A DNA stretch of 64,000 nt. Source: Ostrea edulis (lineage: Eukaryota). Shown here one piece after another: positions 61,205-64,000 of the stretch. The DNA lies in contig NC_079167.1 in NCBI RefSeq assembly GCF_947568905.1, positions 8,308,001-8,372,000 of the forward strand, read 5' to 3'. The translations under genes and the position numbers were made by a program. Positions within the stretch are counted from its first letter, which is position 1. The number at the start of each line of letters is the position of its first letter. The notes under the pieces are model-generated. The model worked only from the letters and a program-made list of their open reading frames with translations, was not told where the DNA came from and made no database searches.

Positions 61205-62584
61205 GTAAGTTTATACTCCATGCTCTGTGTCTGGATATCCACCAGTAACATTAAACAGGTTGGGAACACTTCTCCGATAGCGAGATATTCATGCAAAAAC
61301 GCGATTATCCCTTTTTAACGAGAGTAAATATACTCCGTACAACCGAGAAAAACACCCGAGGAGTACATTTTTTCATGTTTCACGTGAAAAGAAGAAAAAG
61401 TGCTCAAATGTCAAAAACACTTGCGATGCGCATTGGATTTCAACCTCCTTCCCTCTTACGCAGCATTCGCAGCAACGTTATGAATTTCTTGACTGGGTTA
61501 TCAATTTTATAGAGGCAATTCGCATTTTATTGAATGTGTGTTGCACTTATTCAGCATTGCACAGAATTTACCATTATTTTCAATCAAAACACCAAATCAT
61601 TTGTTTATGGTAAGGTTTAATTTCTCGCTAAAGAAAGATAATTGTGTTTTAGCGAGAAGATCTCGCTTAATTTAGGGGAAGGGTTCCCAAACAAATTCTA
61701 TACCCAATACATGTGACTGGTTAAGGTTTTATACATAGTACTGTACTGTACTGCCTGTCTAATCCAACATTTGGAGATAAATTTTTCATCATAACAGACA
61801 TGGTGACAGAAAGCCAATCAGGATCACTTATAAGTAAATAAAAGTTAGAGGTATAAAATATAAATGATAATAATGCAAATCAAATACATCATAATGTTAA
61901 TCAAAGGCATAATAATATGTAATACTGTGAAGTTAAAAGTCATAATGTAGGTGTCATAATGCAAATGAAAGGTGTGATAATGTGAAACATAGGCATGATA
62001 ATGTGGAGTAAAAGACATAATAACACTATTTAAGAAAGGGTTTTGAATGGGAATTAATTTAAATAAAGTGCTCTGGACCTCCAATGTGCATTGCCATGCA
62101 TTTGTACTTTTTAATATGTATATATGTACATGAAAAATTGCTTCTGCAGCTCTGTCCAAGCCCGATTGTTAAAAAACTAAAACAAAGACAAAACATTTTT
62201 ATTGTATGTAGATCTACCACTTTTGTTGTAGTCAGATAATCACAATTTCATCAATTTTTTTTTAGGGAAAATGTCAATCTAGTACATGTACCAATTTTCT
62301 TCAGTTAAATCCTGGATCCAACACTCAGGGCTCGAAATTAACATATGCCCGTCAGTCTGTGACTGGTTAAAACTCTAGTGGACTGACTGACATTTGTTTT
62401 AGTCAGTCCAATGTGACTGGTTAATTTTCTAAAGCATCATTTAGGAAAATATACTCATGAAATCTAATACACACATTTGGCATGCTTTGATATGTAGATA
62501 TCAGACAAAACTGTTTCATAAATCTCACATAAGTGTTACAATATTGTCTGAGGCATATTGAGTACAGTAATGAAATATGTTTAA

Positions 62585-63598
62585 AGAGACACTACAGCTC
62601 ATTTTGCGGAAAAATCATGAAATGACAATTTTCCTAGCGCTTTCTCAATTTTTGTTGCATTGTTGAAAGTATGAACTTTGCGAAAATAACACTTATCTAA
62701 AGTTAAAAATTATCGTTTGAACGTAAAAATTAATACTTTTTGATGGCCTATACAAAAAATATCGAGTCTCCTCCTTTCAGTCTTCAGACGCATGCGCATA
62801 GACAGTAAACAGTGCAGCATGTCGTCCAGTGAGAGAAAGTGTAGTTGATAGATCTAGAATTTTGACAGATTCTGTGAGAAAAGAGGTGAAAATAGAATGA
62901 GATAAAACTCATACGTGAAATAAAATTTACCATGGTATCAGTTTGACCGTTGGAAAACAAAGAGCTCGGAGAAACCCATGTAACTCAGTGGCGGATCTAG
63001 GATTTCCGAAGGGGGTGTGAAAGTCAAAGATTAGCCACAGTAATCGGCCATTCTGGTGCAAAATTTGGATTTTCATTCACAATCTGTGGCGTAAAAAGGG
63101 AGGGGGGATCCTGCCCCCCCCCCCCCCCCCCCTCCCCCTAAATCTGCCATTGAGACTAGCTGCGAAGACACTACTTTTAAAAGTAAGTGCTATTTTTATC
63201 TGAACACGACACGTGTTAGTTGTAAAAACATCGGTCAATGGGAACATGGAAGGATTTCTGTTGAAATAATGATTTATATAATTACTTATTTTAAGGAGCA
63301 GGGAATACTCTTGTACTTGAAAGGTGAGTGTGGACCCCCTTGAAGGGGAATTTAAATAATTTCCTACACAACACCTTTGCTGTCATTCAAAACCACGTGA
63401 TGTAAATAAGCATTCAAAAGTCCGAGTCAGAATGAAGAAACCTTTGAATTCCGAACGATCTTCAAAGCGCAGTTGAGGGTAAATTGATGCATCCCAATTG
63501 TTCAAAATTGTCAGTATCGTTATGAATTTTATCATTTTATCAATACATGTTTTAAAAAACACTTTATTAAAATGTGGAAAATGAGCTGTAGTGTCTCT
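62585..63598. mobile_element. Kolobok-type MITE (TTAA TSD, perfect 21-bp TIRs)
   Basis: TTAA-agagacactacagctcatttt ... aaaatgagctgtagtgtctct-TTAA. Confidence 0.8.
62986..63151. mobile_element. Short CAGTGGCGGAT-type MITE (same terminal type as 27208-27619)
   Basis: cagtggcggatctag ... ctaaatctgccattg. Confidence 0.62.
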
Positions 63599-64000
63599 TT
63601 AATTATTTCTGGAAAATTCTGTTGGACTAGTAAATTTTTCTGCGAACTGGTTGAAATTATACCCCATCAGTCCGGCTGGACTGGTGACATGAAAAGTTAG
63701 CTTCAAGCCCCGACACTATATATAGGGGATTTGTGGAGGGGTCCTTGGTAGTAGCTAAAAGAATACTTCAATCCTGTTCTTATATTTTTTGTATGAAAAG
63801 ATATTGATTTAGCTATTTATTTTTAAAAAGAACAACCTTTATTTAGTTTGTATAATTTCCATATCTTAAAAAATTTACATCTACTAAAAAACTAATCTTC
63901 CCATACTAGGGGTAAGTCCCAAAGGACTGTCAAACTTGGTGCACATACTCCTCGTGCCAAGTGGAGAAGGTTCAAGGTCATATTATTCCTTCAGGGCCGT

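Larger units (their letters stand above)
62326..63712. mobile_element. hAT-like MITE (imperfect 17-bp TIRs, flanking 5-bp direct repeat ACACT) hosting two nested elements
   Basis: cagggctcgaaattaac ... gttagcttcaagccccg, with ACACT at 62321-62325 and 63713-63717. Confidence 0.6.

Noticed and set aside
62760-62900. Possible second exon of the DED gene
   Set aside because: It lies inside a TTAA-flanked MITE and shows no DED or caspase motif. No further exon could be supported before the window end.

Overview
This is eukaryotic, AT-rich, repeat-dense DNA. Its repeat types (Helentron/HINE-like elements with satellite cores, tRNA-derived SINEs, Penelope-like elements) point to a bivalve, probably an oyster; this is by motif recognition only, with no database search. 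Bases 1-21.1 kb are a tandem array of three intronless, minus-strand Arf-family GTPase genes, the first cut by the window edge. All three have lost the canonical DxxGQ switch-II motif (DVGTR / DVGSR / DVSSR), and their amino-acid differences cluster in the N-terminus and switch II. The spacers between copies were invaded independently by a Penelope-like retroelement, a retrozyme-like repeat, CR1/L2-type LINEs, a Kolobok derivative and MITEs. Five complete minimal type-I hammerhead ribozyme folds from three element families can be read there. Next is a complete 15-exon SLC5 sodium/solute symporter gene (+, 21330-32153, 653 aa). It has a tandemly repeated 3' splice site before exon 2, a triplicated in-frame 5' splice site after exon 4, and one GC-AG intron. 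A complete 7-exon LRPAP1/RAP gene follows (-, 60454-39482, 331 aa, ending HTEL), head-to-head with the first coding exon of a DED-domain, caspase-8/FLIP-like gene (+, from 60829). There is one assembly gap (10525-10692). Coordinates were counted by hand; repeat boundaries may be off by a few bases.
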